64,000 nt of DNA from Octopus vulgaris. Taxonomy: Eukaryota. The stretch covers positions 27,280,001-27,344,000 of the forward strand of contig OX597835.1 in NCBI GenBank assembly GCA_951406725.2, written 5' to 3'. Every line of letters begins with the position of its first letter. The first letter of the stretch is position 1. Below are positions 45,299-59,811 of this stretch, piece after piece. The translations under genes were made by a program, and so were the position numbers. Below the pieces are notes generated by a model, which was not told the origin of the DNA, did no database searches, and worked only from the letters and a program-made list of their open reading frames with translations.

Positions 45299-46885
45299 AT
45301 ATCTATGTGTGTGTGTGATGAAGATGGTTAAAACAGTGAAGATTAGGTGTTTATTTTACAATATAAGGCTGAAGGATTCTATGTTCCTGTATTCGTATTC
45401 AGCTTGGATTTATTTGTTTTTGGCGGGAGTTAACGACATAGAAACTAAACCGAACCAAAGAAAGAGAACATCTACATCAATCGTGGGCAAACTGTAGCCC
45501 GTGGGACTTTCTGAATGGCACACATAACGAAACTTACTTAGAATTTTTTCAGTAGTGCGAACAGCCTGATAATGAACCAGAGCTCATACAGCTCTCGAAA
45601 AGGGTCGTCCATAACTGGTCTACGTGATTGTTCGACCTACTAGCAATAGCAGCTAAATCTCCCTTTTATCCCACATTGCTGTCTTAAAAATTAAATTGGG
45701 GGATACATCGAATATAATTCTAAAGAATGAAACGGTCGTAGACGGAGCGGTTTTGAGTATAAACCAACTGGATAAGGACCAACTTTGAGCTAAACATCTA
45801 TAACAAATATTAATTATTGCTTAGCACCTGGTTAGCTTCGATTCGATGGCATTCCAGCTCTGACCATCCCAACTTTGTACCCAAGATTGTATGATATATT
45901 CAACAAGGTGGCAAGCTTGTAGAAACGTTAGCACGCCGGCGAAATGCCTAACAGTATTTCGTCTGCCGCTACGTTCTGAGTTCAAATTCCGCCGAGGTCG
46001 ACTTTGCCTTTCATCCTTTAGGGGGCGATTAAATATGTACCAGTTACGCACTGGGGTCAATATAATCGACTTAAACCGTTTGTCTGTCCTTGTTTGTCCT
46101 CTCTGTGTTTAGCCCCTTGTGGGTAGTAAAGAGATATGTATTATATATTCAACGCGTGTCCTTCCTCATTTTTCAGATTTCGATATGCCTTCTATTTCTA
46201 ACTGCTCGAGCAACCATGTAAAGACACAGTTTCACAACTTGCTGTTGTTTACATCCAACCACGACTACCTAATCTTATTTCAAATTGTGAATCCAACACA
46301 ACAATAGTTCAATGTGTCCTTCTCTTATTTAAGGCATTAAAGTGCGAGACGTCACAGATTTGGCTGCTTTTTCTAGCAGATCGAGCGACCTACCACATGG
46401 TCGTGGTGATCCCAAGGGAGTTAATTCAATCTGAAATAATATATAATTAAAATTTGACGCGCGCTTGTCTCCCTTACTTGTAAGTGTGTGCATGTGCGTA
46501 TGTGTGTGTGTGTGTGTGTGTGCGTGCGACAAGAATTAAGAGATAATGATTTATTCTCATTAACATAGGATGTAACATTGAATATTAATAACTTCTTGCT
46601 TTACTATATCAACTATTCTTAATAACACATAGCTGTCAAGTTTCCGTGCAGCAGGCGTCACTGAATACTTTTCTTTTGTATTTGTATGTGTGTTCGTGTG
46701 TCAGTTGGGTCCTTGCATGCGTATGTGTGTATGTAGACGATGGGCGGGGGAAGGGGTTCTCTCCTCTCTGGGATTAGTGAAAGAAGGGACGTGGTGACTT
46801 TAGCGACCTCAGTGAAACGGCCCCAGCTGGGAATTTGGAAATGGTTCACGGGTTTTTATTTATTAAAAAAAAGGAAAGGGGTTCT

Positions 46886-47260
46886 GTATGCACGTATGTA
46901 TGTATGTATGTATGTATGTATGTATGTATGTATGTATGTATGTATGTATGTATGTATGTGTGTCTATGTATGTATATGTGTGTGTATGTATGTGTGTATG
47001 TATGTATGTGTGTATGTATGTATGTGTGTATGTATGTATGTATGTATGTGTGTATGTATGTATGTATGTATGTATGTATGTATGTATGTGTGTCTATGTA
47101 TGTATATGTGTGTGTATGTATGTGTGTATGTATGTATGTGTGTATGTATGTATGTGTGTATGTATGTATGTATGTATGTGTGTATGTGTGTGTATGTATG
47201 TATATGTGTGTGTATGTATGTGTGTATGTATGTATGTATGTATGCATGTATGTGTGTGTG
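46886..47260. repeat. (TATG)n/(TG)n microsatellite
   Basis: Directly visible. Confidence 0.95.
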
Positions 47261-48507
47261 TCACTATGATTGTGTATGACTTCGAATGTGTTTGTCTTAA
47301 AGAGTGTGTATCCGAACGCACTTGAGTGTGTGTGAGTGTTTTTTTGTGTTCGTATATGTATGTATCTGTATATGTTTGTGAATACGTGTGTGTGTGTGTG
47401 TGTGTTGCCTTTGTGTAGTGTGTTCGTATGTGTTTGTATCCGTGTATTGTTTTTGAACGTTCGGTATGAGTCTGTTGTGTGTTTGTGTATATATACACCT
47501 ATGCGTATGTGTGCTGCCATTGTGCCGCGCGGTGTTCATACACATATGTATGTATGTGTGTGTGTTTATGTGTATGTGTTCGTGCGTATCTATGCGTATG
47601 TATGTTTTTGTTTGTCGTATACACGATGTGTGCGTGCGTCCGAGTATGTGTTAGTTATTATCGTTGATCATACACAATTATAATCAAAGCATTCTTGCCA
47701 TGACCATCCCGTCCTTTATTTATTCATCGTGTATGTATGTACCCTATTAAAGTCGGCTGAGATTATTGGATAAAAATTTGACTGCTATATCTAGCAAGAC
47801 CATCACAAGATTCTCCCTTCTGTATGTGTGTGTGTGGTGATACTCAACCCAGGCATACGAGAAGACCTGCTAGAAATAGCAGCTGAATCTCCAGACCATC
47901 TCGCATTAAAAAAAAAATAAAGAAAACAGGAGGCATTCGAATAACCAGATGACCGTGCAATTAAATAGTATTACAATTCATTAATTAAAAAGAAAAATTC
48001 GATTATGTACCCATTTCACCGATGTCAAAGATATTAAATATAAAAAATTTCTTCTAACCATTTGAAATATATCAAATTTTCACCACATTACTTTAAAAAA
48101 ATGTAGCCTTGATGTAGTTTTGCAGGCTGACGACGAAAATTATATTAATTTTTATCCCCTAGCAACTAATAATAAAGAAGTTATAAGTATTTCACAAGAC
48201 CCAGATATTTCGTTTCAATTAACGACCCGAATGCAAATTGCCAGTGTTATCTTTATACTTCCCCTTTCGGACAGACAAGGGAACATCTCAGCTGTCGATA
48301 GAACTTTATTCTCTTGTTATATAATCCCATTCGCATCTAGGAAGACTTATATAACAGTAATATCTATATCTCTCTATATATATATATGTGTGTGTTAATT
48401 TGTTTCCGGAGATCGCTAGCAAAATGAAAACTCATGAAGCAGAACAATAATTTCCCCATAGTAGCAATGTTATAAATCGCAATTTGTTTCCCCTAAAATG
48501 TTTTACC

Positions 48508-48925
48508 GGATCTTTTCGGTTTGAACGGCAGTTTTTAAAAATAATTTCCACGTAACTAAACACTTTTAAACTTCATATACTGGTAGAATGTGTTTATAAA
48601 ACATCTTTTTCTCTTGGCTTTATTGTGAAAATTCTATAGTTTGTAAGATATTTGCTTTGTTTTTTTCTTCTTCAATTTCTGCAATTTCAACCAATCAATG
48701 ACGTCTATTGAGGTGAAAACATTCTGTACCGTATGAATATGTCCCTCGTTTAAGAAACAGATTGGGTTTATTTACATTTCTGAAGAAAAAAGATACCCTT
48801 CCCCCACCCCTAACCCTAACCCTAAAACAGATTGAAATGCAATAGATCGATACTAGGGTCATAATTATGGGTGACAATTTCATATGACACTGCTAGAAAA
48901 ACTGCCGTTCAAACCGAAAATATCT
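48508..48925 (-). mobile_element. Same MITE family, with 8-bp TSD (Merlin- or hAT-like)
   Basis: Flanked by GTTTTACC on both sides (48500-48507, 48926-48933); (CCCTAA)3 at 48808-48825. Confidence 0.88.
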
Positions 48926-48958
48926 GTTTTACCTGTAAAATATATAACATCGTAAATA

Positions 48959-49339
48959 TCTCTCTCTATATAAACGGCAGTTTGTCTGTGCGTGTTTCTG
49001 TGTGTCTGTTTGCTTGTACCCTCACCCTGACTACGGCTTTCAACCGATTCTGATGAAACTTGACACACACATAGCCCAATGTCATAATTCAAAACTAACG
49101 CAGCGAAAATTTTGAAAAGTTCCCCCAGTTCTGAAAAAAATCGATAAATTCGACATGGGGTCGAGAATCAGAAACACAAACCGCAAACTATCTAGGGGAC
49201 GCAACTCCACCTTTTTAACTAAAAAAAAATTTACCATCATTTTTTTCCATTTTTTTGCTATTTTTTGGCTATAACTCTCTAAAAATTCTTTATAGTTATT
49301 TCCCTTACAAACCTGAGCAACGCCGGGCGATACTGCTAG
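48959..49339 (+). mobile_element. Non-autonomous Helitron, same 3' end but different 5' half
   Basis: Starts TCTCTCTCTATATAAA; the last ~120 bp match the 2125-2508 element including hairpin and CTAG|T. Confidence 0.75.
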
Positions 49340-51543
49340 TTTGGCAATAAAACAACAGTAGAATATAAAGAATATTTTATGTAGAGTAGAAAGAATGTCA
49401 AGATGTACGTTTTGAGTTCAAATTCCCGGGGTCAATGAACTAAGTACTAGTGGAATACTGGAGGTCGATGTAACCGACGGGACCCCCTCCTCCAGATTTG
49501 AGACCTTGTACCTATAGCAGAAGGGATTATTTTTATGGTCGTTTTCTGAATCACCTTCACTCCCGCACACCATTACATGTAGACGTGATCGCCGATTCAC
49601 AAGCACTCGTAGACAGACTTGTAGATTTCTTTAAAAAAAAAAACAAATTTTGAGTCGCTTACGTAGAAAAAGTTTTATTATGCACTCTATAAATTTCCCG
49701 GTAACACACAGAAGCATTTGTTATGGAAGAAGAAGCTTTTGCACTTCGTTCAAAATTTTAATCTCGTGCTCGAAAAATAAAATTTGTAAACCCGAAGTCT
49801 CGTAAAGCGAGTCCTCGTAAAGTGAGGTATTACTGAATATCATTCTTTCTAGTACAAGGTGGGAGAGGACTGGAAGGCAAACGGATAAAGATAAGTTTTA
49901 AACTTCTTAAACACATTTTTTTGCCGATGACACTCCTCGGACCCTAAGTAAGGCATGTGTAAAATTTGAATGAAATTGGTTGTGTAGTTCTCAAGTTTTA
50001 GGGAAACACACAGACAGACAGACAGACAAACACACATTCTCAGTTTTATATAGAGACAGATAAGTCCATCACATATGCATTTATGTGTGTGTGTTTGTTT
50101 GTTTGTGTGTGTGTGTGTGTGCATCTTTGTCTCCCACCATTGCTTGACAACTGGTGTTGGTGTGTTTACATCCCCATACATTAGTGGTTCAGCAAAAGAT
50201 ATCGACAGAATAAGTACCTGGCTTAAAAAAAGAAAAGAAAAACCCACAATACATTCGACTAAAAATTTTTCAAGGCAGTACCCCAGTATGGCCACAGTCT
50301 AATGACTGAAACAAGTAAAAGGTCCTAAAACAAGTAAAAGATTGTCTTTTTTGTTCGTTTTTATGTGACAAATCTTTCATGCCATTTTCTTTGATTGAAT
50401 CCGATATTCGCTCTGTTGTGTCCTTTCATAGGTGGGATGACAGTCATAGACTTACTACAAAACATATCATCATCGTTTAACGTCCGTTTTCCGTGCTAGC
50501 ACGGGTTGGACGGTTCGACCAGGGTCTGGGAAGCCAGGAGGCTGCACTAGGCTCCAGTCTGATCTGGTGGTTTCTACAGCTGGATGCCCTTCCTAACGCC
50601 AACCACTCCGTGAGTGTAGTGGGTGCTTTTTACGTGCCACCGACACAGGTGCCAGGGGAGTCTGGCAGAGGTTACGATCGGTTGGTGATTTTTACGTGCC
50701 ACCAGCACAGAAGCCAGTCAAGGCTGTGCTGGCATCGGCCACGTTCGGATGGTGCTTTTTACGGCACAGCTATCACAACTACTATTTCCATTTGATATTT
50801 TTTTCGATGTTCATGTACTTGACTCAATAGGTCTCCTCAAAGATAAAATTCTCTGGACATAGCAGGATTATGCAACACGCCAGACACTTCCTTATGACGA
50901 AAATGCTTTCGTGAGAACTGAACATATGCATTTAGAGTCCATAGAACGGACTATCTGTCACAATATTATGATGAGCAATCTAGTTTGTTGCTCATGACAA
51001 AGAGATCTTTATATGTTAATGACAATACACGTGTATGCTCTGTCTAGAATAAAATTCAGTGAATCGATAAAGTTGGTTGAAGGCACAATGCAGACATCAT
51101 TTATTCATTAGGTGGAAATGGACGCACTGGAAATAGAAGAATTACAGGTTGAAACAAACGATGTATTTGTTTGTGTGTGTACACTTTGTTAATCAAATCA
51201 AATTGAATGCAAGCAGTAATTGCTCAGTAAGTGAGAGACCTCTAAAACAATCACAGAAATAAAAAAGACTCACAGTTGATAATGAAATTGTATGCAACGA
51301 GGATGTTACTGTTGTTGTTGTTGATGTTTATTCTGGAGCTGTAACTACTATAAATAAACGGTGACTGAAAAACAAGGTGGCACCGATATTGTAACGATTT
51401 TGAAAATTAAGTTCAAAATTGCCCTAAATGCTGTTGTTGCACTTGATTGGATTAGTCTTGATTAATTGGTATAATGATTAATTGGTATGTGCTGTACCAT
51501 ATGAAAACCAACTTCGATTGATTAATCAATATTTTTCTGGAAA

Positions 51544-51800
51544 CGGCGGTGAGCTGGCAGAAACATTAGCATGCCGGGCGAAATGCCTAGCGGTATTTCG
51601 TCTGCCGTTACGTTCTAAGTTCAAATTCCGCCAAGGTCGACTTTGCCTTTCATCCTTTCGGGGTCGATAAATTAAGTACCAGTTACGCACTGGGGTCGAT
51701 ATAATCGACTTAATCCGTTTGTCTGTCATTGTTTGTCCTCTCTGTGTTTAGCCCCTTGTGGGTAGTAAAGAAATAGGTATTTCGTCTGCTGCTAAGTTCT
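51544..51800 (+). mobile_element. tRNA-derived SINE family B
   Basis: Head GGCGGTGAGCTGGCAGAA...GTTCAAATTCC and central GCCTTTCATCCTTTCGGGGTCGATAAATTAAGTACCAG. Copies at 28142-28373, 45906-46132, 52075-52280, 52572-52932 and 58630-58857. Confidence 0.85.
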
Positions 51801-51854
51801 GAGTTCTAATTAACTCCTCCCTGAAAATTGCTGTCCTTGTGCCAAAATTTGAAA

Positions 51855-51888
<34 letters not shown>

Positions 51889-53011
51889 GGTGGCACATAA
51901 AAAGCACCTACTACACTCACGGAGTGGTTGGCATTAGGAAGGGCATCCAGCTGTAGAAACACTGCCAGATCAGACTGGGCCTGGCGCAGCCTTCTGGCTT
52001 CCCAGACCCCAGTTGAACCTAGCATGGAAAGCGGACGTTAAACGATGATGATGGTGATGATGATGATTATTAAAGCTGGCAGAATTGTTAGGACGCTGGG
52101 CAAAATGTTTAGTAGCATTTCATCTACCTTCAAATTCTGAGTTCAAATTCCACCGAGGTTGACTTTGCTTTTCATCCTTTCAGGGTCAATAAACTAAGTA
52201 CCAGTGAAACACTGGGGTTGACATAATTGACTTACCTTTTCCCTTGAGATTGCTGGCTTTGTGCCAAAATTTGAAATTAATTTTTTTCTGGAGCCCTAAC
52301 TTATTCTCAAAAGACAAAAAAGAAATAAATAACCTTTGACATCTTAATCTTATTTAAATGTTGTAGATAGAAATTGATTAAAAAGGCAAAATTCATCTTC
52401 AAAAGCTAGGTGTTGGCATGGCTCAGTGGTTAAGAAGCTTGTGTTGGAACCACATGGCTTCAGGGTCAGTTCCACTGTGTGACACTTTAGGCAAGTGTCT
52501 TCTACTATAAGCCATAGGCCAACCAATGTCTTGTGACAGAATTTGGTTGACAGAAACTGAAAGAAACGGAAAGGCGGCAAGCTGGCAGAAATGTTAGCAC
52601 GCCGGGCGAAATGCTTAGCGGCTAGAAACGTTAGCACGCCGGGCGAAATGCGTAGCCGTATTTCGTCTGCTGCTACGTTCTGAGTTCAAATTCCGCCGAT
52701 GTCGACTTTGCCTTTCCTCCTTTTGGGGTCGATTAAAGAAGTACCAGTTACGCACAGGGGTCGATATAATCGACTTAATCCGTTTGTCTGTCCTTGTTTG
52801 TCCTCTCTATGTTTAGCCCCTTGTTGGTAGTAAAGAAATAGGTATTTCGTCTGCCGTTACGTTCTGAGTTCAAATTCCGCCGAGGTTGACTTTGCCTTTC
52901 GTCCTTTCAAGGTTGATAAATTAAGTACCAGTTTATTTAAGTACCAACATCGGTTGTCAAGCAATGATGAGGGGGACAAACAAAGACACAAAGATACACA
53001 CATAAATATAT

Positions 53012-53067
<56 letters not shown>

Positions 53068-54019
53068 ACACACATACACACAACAGGCTTCTTTCAGTTT
53101 CCGTCTACCAAATCCACTCACAAGGCTTTGGTCGGCCCAAGGTTATAGTTGAAGACACTTGCCCAAGTTGCCATGCAGTAGGACTGAACCCAGAATCATG
53201 TGGTTGGGAAGCAAGCTTCTTACCACACAGCCACACCATCCTCTATGTTTCTAAAAACTTTTGGACCTGGGTCTAGATCCATTAAGCAAATATCGCTCCC
53301 GAGCCAGTGTGTGTGTGTATGTGTGTGCGAGGGAGAGAGAGGGAGTGTGTGTGTGTGTGCCCCCCTACTATCATCACTTGACAACTTGTGTTGATTTGTT
53401 TACACCTCCGTAACCTAGCGGTTCGGCAAAAGAAGCCGATAGAAAAAGAATCAGACTTTAACAAGTGTACTGGGGTCGATTTTTCGACTGAAACACAGCA
53501 AGGCGGTGCTCCGGCATGGCCGCAGTCAATTGACGGAAAACAAGTAAAAGGTCGAAAGTAAGAACCACGAAAAGAACTGAAAGTAAAGCTGGCCGGAGCA
53601 AGATTTTGCACTCATAAAGCCGTTGGATCAAAGGTCCGTCCGATCAAAACTGCTCAGACCACATACTAACAAAAACAAAAACAAAAAAAACAAAGGTAAT
53701 AACTAAATAAGAACACTAGGAGCCGATCGAAACGTAGTTGGTATTATTTTTTAAAAATCATGTTTAAGGGCAGGGGTTAATCGTCCGAAAAATCTTAATA
53801 AACGACAAACGCAACTCATAACTGAAATAACATGTTTGAACAAGGGAAGTTAGAAGACGCGATTACTTAAGCTGCTAGAAATAACAACTAAACGTCTCTC
53901 AACTCATTCTCTAGGGACTTAAAAAAGAAAAGAAAAGAAAAACAAGAGAACTTTGGATAATCTTTCCTATAGGGAAAGACTTTCTTTTGTATCCGCCCCA
54001 TAAAAAATTACCAAAAAAT

Positions 54020-54735
54020 GTTCTTTTCTACTCCAGGCATAAGGCCCGAAATTTTGGGGGAGGGGGCCAGTCGATTAGATCGATCCAGTACGCAACTGGT
54101 ACTTAATTAATCGAGCTCGAAAGGATGAAAGGCAAAGTCGACCTCGGTGGAATTTCAACTCAGAACGTAGCGGCAGACGAAATACCTATTTCTTTACTAC
54201 CCACAAGGGGCTAAACACAGAGGGGACAAACAAGGACAGACACACGAATTAAGTCGATTATATCGACCCCAGTGTGTAACTGGTACTTATTTAATCGACC
54301 CCGAAAGGATGAAAGGCAAAGTCGACCTCGGCGGAATTTGAACTCACAACGTAGCGGCAGACGAAATACCTATTTCTTTACTACCCACAAGGGGCTAAAC
54401 ATAGAGGGGACAAACAAGGACAGACAAACGGATTAAGTCGATTACATCGATCTCAGTGCGTAACTGGTACTTAATTTATCGATCTCGGCGGAATTTGAAC
54501 TCAGAACGTAACGGCAGACGAAATACCTATTTCTTTACTACCGACAAGGGGCTAAACACAGAGGGGACAAACAAGGACAGACATACGGATTAAGTCCCAG
54601 TGCGTAACTGGTACTTAATTTATCGACCTCGAAAGGACGAAAGGCAAAGTCGGCGGAATTTGAACTGAGAACGTAACGGCAGACGAAATACGGCTACGCA
54701 TTTCGCCCGGCGTGCTAACGTTTCTGCCAGTTCTC
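54020..54735 (-). repeat. Tandem array of SINE family B (~160-185-bp units behind one head)
   Basis: GCAGACGAAATAC recurs at ~54172, 54357, 54514 and 54678; a similar array lies at 30545-30975. Confidence 0.85.
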
Positions 54736-55275
54736 CGCAAAAGATATCCATGGTAGAAAATTGATTTCTTACCATGTCTTAATAATAATGACGATGAGAA
54801 AGTCTTCAATTTTAATAGAAATTCATTTTTATGGCTTTATCATCATTATTATTATAAGACATGGTAAGAAATCAATCTTCCACAATGTGTAATATATATA
54901 TATACATATATATATATTGAACATTTTTATGGGGAATGGGATACAAAAGAAGTCTTTCCTAATGGGAAGTCCGAAATACATACATTTATAAAAAAAAAAT
55001 GAAAGAAAAAGAAAAGAAAAAAACCGCACAGTCACGGTTGGAAAATGCTTTCGATCCGTGCTGACTTTGTACTTAGACAATAACGTAAACAAAAACCACG
55101 TTGTTGTTGTTATCAATACCAATAACAAAGCCGCTGCCATGGCAACAGTGTTTATTTATATAAACATAAGCAAAACAACGAATCAATGAATGAATGAACC
55201 GAATAAAGAAAGAAAGGAAGAAAGAAAGCTATAAACCAAAATGACTAAATTTTTCGTGGAGGTTAATGAAAAGCT

Positions 55276-55905
55276 AGTAGTAGTAGTGGTAGTAGTAGTA
55301 GTAGTGGTGGTGGTAGTGGTAGTAGTGGTAGTGGTGGTAGTAGTAGTGGTGGTGGTGGTAGTGGTAGTAGTGGTGGTAGTAGTAGTGGTGGTGGTGGTGG
55401 TAGTAGTAGTAGTAGTGGTAGTAGTAGTGGTGGTGGTGGTAGTGGTAGTAGTGGTGGTAGTAGTAGTGGTGGTGGTGGTGGTGGTGGTAGTAGTAGTGGT
55501 GGTGGTGGTGGTTATGACTGCGGCAGCAGTAGTAGTAGTGGTGGTGGTGGTAGTAGTAGTAGTAGTAGTATAGTTGTAGTAGTAATAATATGGATATAGT
55601 AGTAGTAGTAGTAGTGGTAGTTGTGGTAGTGGATGTGACGGCAGCCGCAGCAGTAGTAGTAGTAGTAGTGGTGGTGGTGGTAGTTGTGGTGGTGGTTTTG
55701 ACGGCGGCGTCAGCGATATTGGGGTGGTGGTGGTGACGGCAGCAGTAGTAGTAGTAGTAGTAGTAGTAGTATCGTTGTAGTAGTAATGATGATGATAGTG
55801 GTGGTGGTGACAGCAGCGTCAGCAGTAGTATTAGTACTTGCTGTTGGTGGTGGCGGCGGCGTCAGCAGCAGCAGCAGTAGTTGATGATGATGGTGGTGGT
55901 GGTGA
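55276..55905. repeat. Compound trinucleotide repeat (GTA/GTG/GCA/GCG)n
   Basis: Directly visible; source of the poly-Val ORF. Confidence 0.95.
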
Positions 55906-56090
55906 CGTCGTTTGCGGAGGCGAGCCGCAACAGTTGTATGCAGTCACAGGGGGGGGGAGTAGGAGGGTAGTGAAAGCGGAAGTCGCAGTTGCGCATGTCA
56001 GATTTTAAAACATGGCGATGTCACAAAGCGTTGTTGGAAACGGATGTTTATGAAATGTTTTGGTCAAGGCGTGAGGAGCAACGGTAAAAG
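55900..56090 (+). promoter_or_regulatory. Probable housekeeping-type promoter / first exon
   Basis: CpG-rich patch with ETS GCGGAAGT (55976-55983), NRF1-like TGCGCATGTC (55990-55999), YY1-like AAACATGGCG (56008-56017) and a possible donor G|GTAAAA near 56083. No downstream coding exon identified. Confidence 0.5.
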
Positions 56091-59000
56091 TTCAGTTGTC
56101 AGTCAACTCAGTGACTTGATTTTTTTCCTTTGTGTATATATATATACACACACACAACACATATATATCTCATACTTTTGTATATATATTTAATTTTTTG
56201 ATATATATATATATATATATATATCTGTACATACGCATGATATATAAATATATGTTGTATGTATGTTTTCAAATTATTGCTTTTATTGTTGAAGACATTA
56301 TCTCTTTCATAATCTCAACTGCAACTTCAGAGACCACGTTTAATGTTTTTTAAAGAGAAAACACAGAATTAAAAGGTATTTGTGTATATATATACATATC
56401 TATATTTGTTTATTATTGTTACTACTATTAGTTATATTGTTATTAAATTCAACATCCAGTCATTCAGGGTCTTGGCCCCTTTACTGGGACATAAGCTATC
56501 GACGGTTTCTCTCCATTCGTCTCTGTTGGGTCTTTTGCTCTCCTATTGCTCTCAACCCCAGCCGGACTTTCTCAGTTCGCACTCGTGTCACGCCGGTCAG
56601 AAGTTTGTTTGGGTATTGTTTTAGCCTTCTTTTCTTCCTTTTGTCCTCCCTTTGGGGTGGGTCCCATCCGTGGGACTCACTGCGACGCTGTACTTAGGGC
56701 TTCTGAGAGTGTCTAGGATCCCGCTATCTCTTCATTTGACTTCCATGTCAACGGGGTGTGTATCTCTATATTGGTGGGGAGGCGACTGTCGAGAGTGTCC
56801 CAACACCACAATGCTATATTATTGATTTATTCTTTCGGTCTATTGATTCCGGGTATCGGTAAATTTTTTCTTGTCATACTCCTCGATTTGAACGTGAAAT
56901 TTTTACCTAAAGAACGAATGGTTTCCGAAGATTCTGATGGACAGATTCGTTTGAAAACGTCAAAACCCCAGGGAAAAACTCATTTCTAAAGTGAAACAGA
57001 TGACACAGTTTAACTCATTATTAATATTATTTCCTTTGATGGGTTCGTTAAAATAAGTGAATGAAAATACATCCAAAAGGGTCTAACCGGCGGCTTAGAG
57101 CCTACACCGCCGCCACCAACCTCTACTCTTGCTGTAGAAAAGCAGAGGTGATTGTGTTAAGATTTGAATTCGGAACACTAACGTATGAAACTATATGTAA
57201 TGGAATTTTAAATCTCTGGTTGTTGTATCGGATTTTTTTCTCTTTAACATTTAAACCGGCCAAACTTGGCCCAAATATTCTACCTGTTTTGACATTCAAA
57301 CTGGCCACGTGCAGCCTGTCACACCCACCATACTATGCCATTTGAAAAGTAGTCACCACAGTCTTTACGTTCTGAGTTCAAATCCCATAAAAGCAAACTT
57401 TGCTTTTCATCCTTCTAAGGTAATTAAAACGTGTGTCTTTCAATTACCGGAATCATTATAAATGACTGTTTCTTTGTATCCTGCAAATTTCTGCCTTTCT
57501 GCCAGAGTAAGAAATCGTTACCGTTTATTATTTTAAAAATCGTTTGTGTCGCACAAAAATGCTTATGGTATTTAAATGTGGTCCCTTACTCTTTGAGTTC
57601 AGTTCTTGATAAGGTCAACTTGGTTTTTTTCCCTTCCTTCTAGCTCAATGAAATCCAATATGTCAATTACTTTACCCTACAATGTTATTCTAAAAAATAA
57701 ACAGTCTCTACATTAAAACCCCAAAGCTATGAGATAATGCCTGATTAATACTAAATATCACATTTAACACCTCCGCCAAGCACACATATATGAGTTACTA
57801 CACCTGTATGAGTTATTACACCTGTTTATTGTAGGCTCAGGAACAGGGGTGCAAGCACAACGCTACCCGTTTAATTCTAATTTTTTCGTAGTGGATGACG
57901 AAAACTCTTTGAATATTCTCCTGAAAAATTGGGTTTGCACCCCTTAAGCAAATTTCGTTCCTGTACTAATGATGTCTATATTTTAAAAGTGAGATTTTTA
58001 CCTAAAGAACGAGTGGTTTCCGACGATTTTGATGGTTAGATTTCTTCACAAAACTTTAAAAGAAGGGGAAAAAAAGGTAAAACAAATTTCACCTTTAGAG
58101 TGAAACGTGAGTAAAAGACAATAACAGACGTCAAAGATTTCTAAAAACAGGATTGGAAGAATATTAACTGAAGCATTGAACTAAATATACTTTGCGGTAA
58201 TATATGTTAAAAAGTTGAATTAGATTCGTCCATTAATTTGGAGATTTTCAACAAAAAAAAAAGATTCTTAATATTAATTCTTCATATTTTGTTGGTAGCT
58301 TACCTGGTGTAAAATTGCGAATATGAAAATAATACTTGTATATGGCGTGTTGTGAATTTATGGAAAGAAATCCCATAAAACTCGGCAATTTTGATAAAAA
58401 TTGAGAAGAAATGTTAGAATATATAAGAGAATATTTATTGATACTTTGCAGTATTTGTTCTGATAGTGGACTTTCAAAATATTGTTATATTTGGAGATGG
58501 TCATTTCTTTTTTCCGTCGTTCTTCACTCCTGCTTTATTATTATTCATATTCTATAACAACAACAATAATAATAATAATAATGATTTCAAATTTTGCCAC
58601 AAGGACAGCCATTTTGGGAGAGCGGTTTTTCAACCTCGAAAGGATGAAAGGCATAGTCGGCCTTGGTGGAATTTGAACTCAGAACGTAGTGACGAGTGAA
58701 ATACCTATTTCTTAACTACCCACAAGGGGCTAAACACAGAGAGGACAGACAAACAGATTTAGTCAATTATATCGACTCCAGTGCGTAACTGGTACTTATT
58801 TAATCGACCCAGAAAGGATGAAAGGCAAAGCCGACCTCAGTGGAATTTGAACTCAGACTGCCGCCATGCTGGGGCACTACCTTGAAGAATTTTTCGTTGA
58901 ATGAATCGCTCCCCATATGATTTTTTTTACCCCTTTTTGTAGCTTGCTACTTATTCTATTGAGTCCTTTTGCTGAGCTGCTATGTCACGGAGATGTAAAC

Positions 59001-59811
59001 ACACCAACACTGGTTGTCAAGTGGCAGAGGGGGACAAAGGCACACACATACACATGTATACATATGTTGTATATGAAGGGCTTCTTTCAATTTCCATCTA
59101 CCAAATCCACTGATAAGGCTGTGGTTGGTCTGAGACTATAATAGAAGACACTTGCCCAATGTTCCATAGGGTGGGGCTGAACCTGGAACCATGTGGTTGG
59201 GATGCAAGGTTATTACCACAAATTCAAGCCTGCATCTATATATGTTGCTTTGTTTTTCTTTTTTTTTTGACAAAATATTTAATTTTCCTCCATCTTCCCT
59301 CCTCTAATTCCATAACTCTTTCTCTCTTCAAAAGTCTGCTCTTATTGGCATTTTACATTCTAAGTTCATCTACTAAAATGAACTTTGTTTTTTATTCTTC
59401 CAAAATTAAAACTTGTATCATTTAAGCGCCAGAATCAATTTAATTGACTGTTTCTTTGTTTCCTGCAAATTTCTGGCTTTGTGCCAATTTAAGAAATCAT
59501 TCGAAATTGAACCAAATTCGATGAATGGCACCCATGCCAGTGGAGCGCTAACAGCTCCATCTGAGCGGGATCACTGCCAGAGCAGCTGTCTGGCTTCTGT
59601 GCCGGTGGCATGTAAAAGGCACCATTTGAGAGTGATCGTTACCAGTGTCGCCTTACTGGCACTTGTGCTAGTGGCACATGAACAAAACATTCAAGCAAGG
59701 TCATTGCCAGTGCCACTGGACTGACTCATGTGCAGGTGGCACATAAAAACACCATTTTGAGCATGGCCGTTGCCAGTACCACTACACTGGCTCTTGTGCC
59801 GGTGGCACATA

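Noticed and set aside
55241-55573. Poly-valine ORF
   Set aside because: Translation of the (GTA/GTG)n repeat; no coding evidence.
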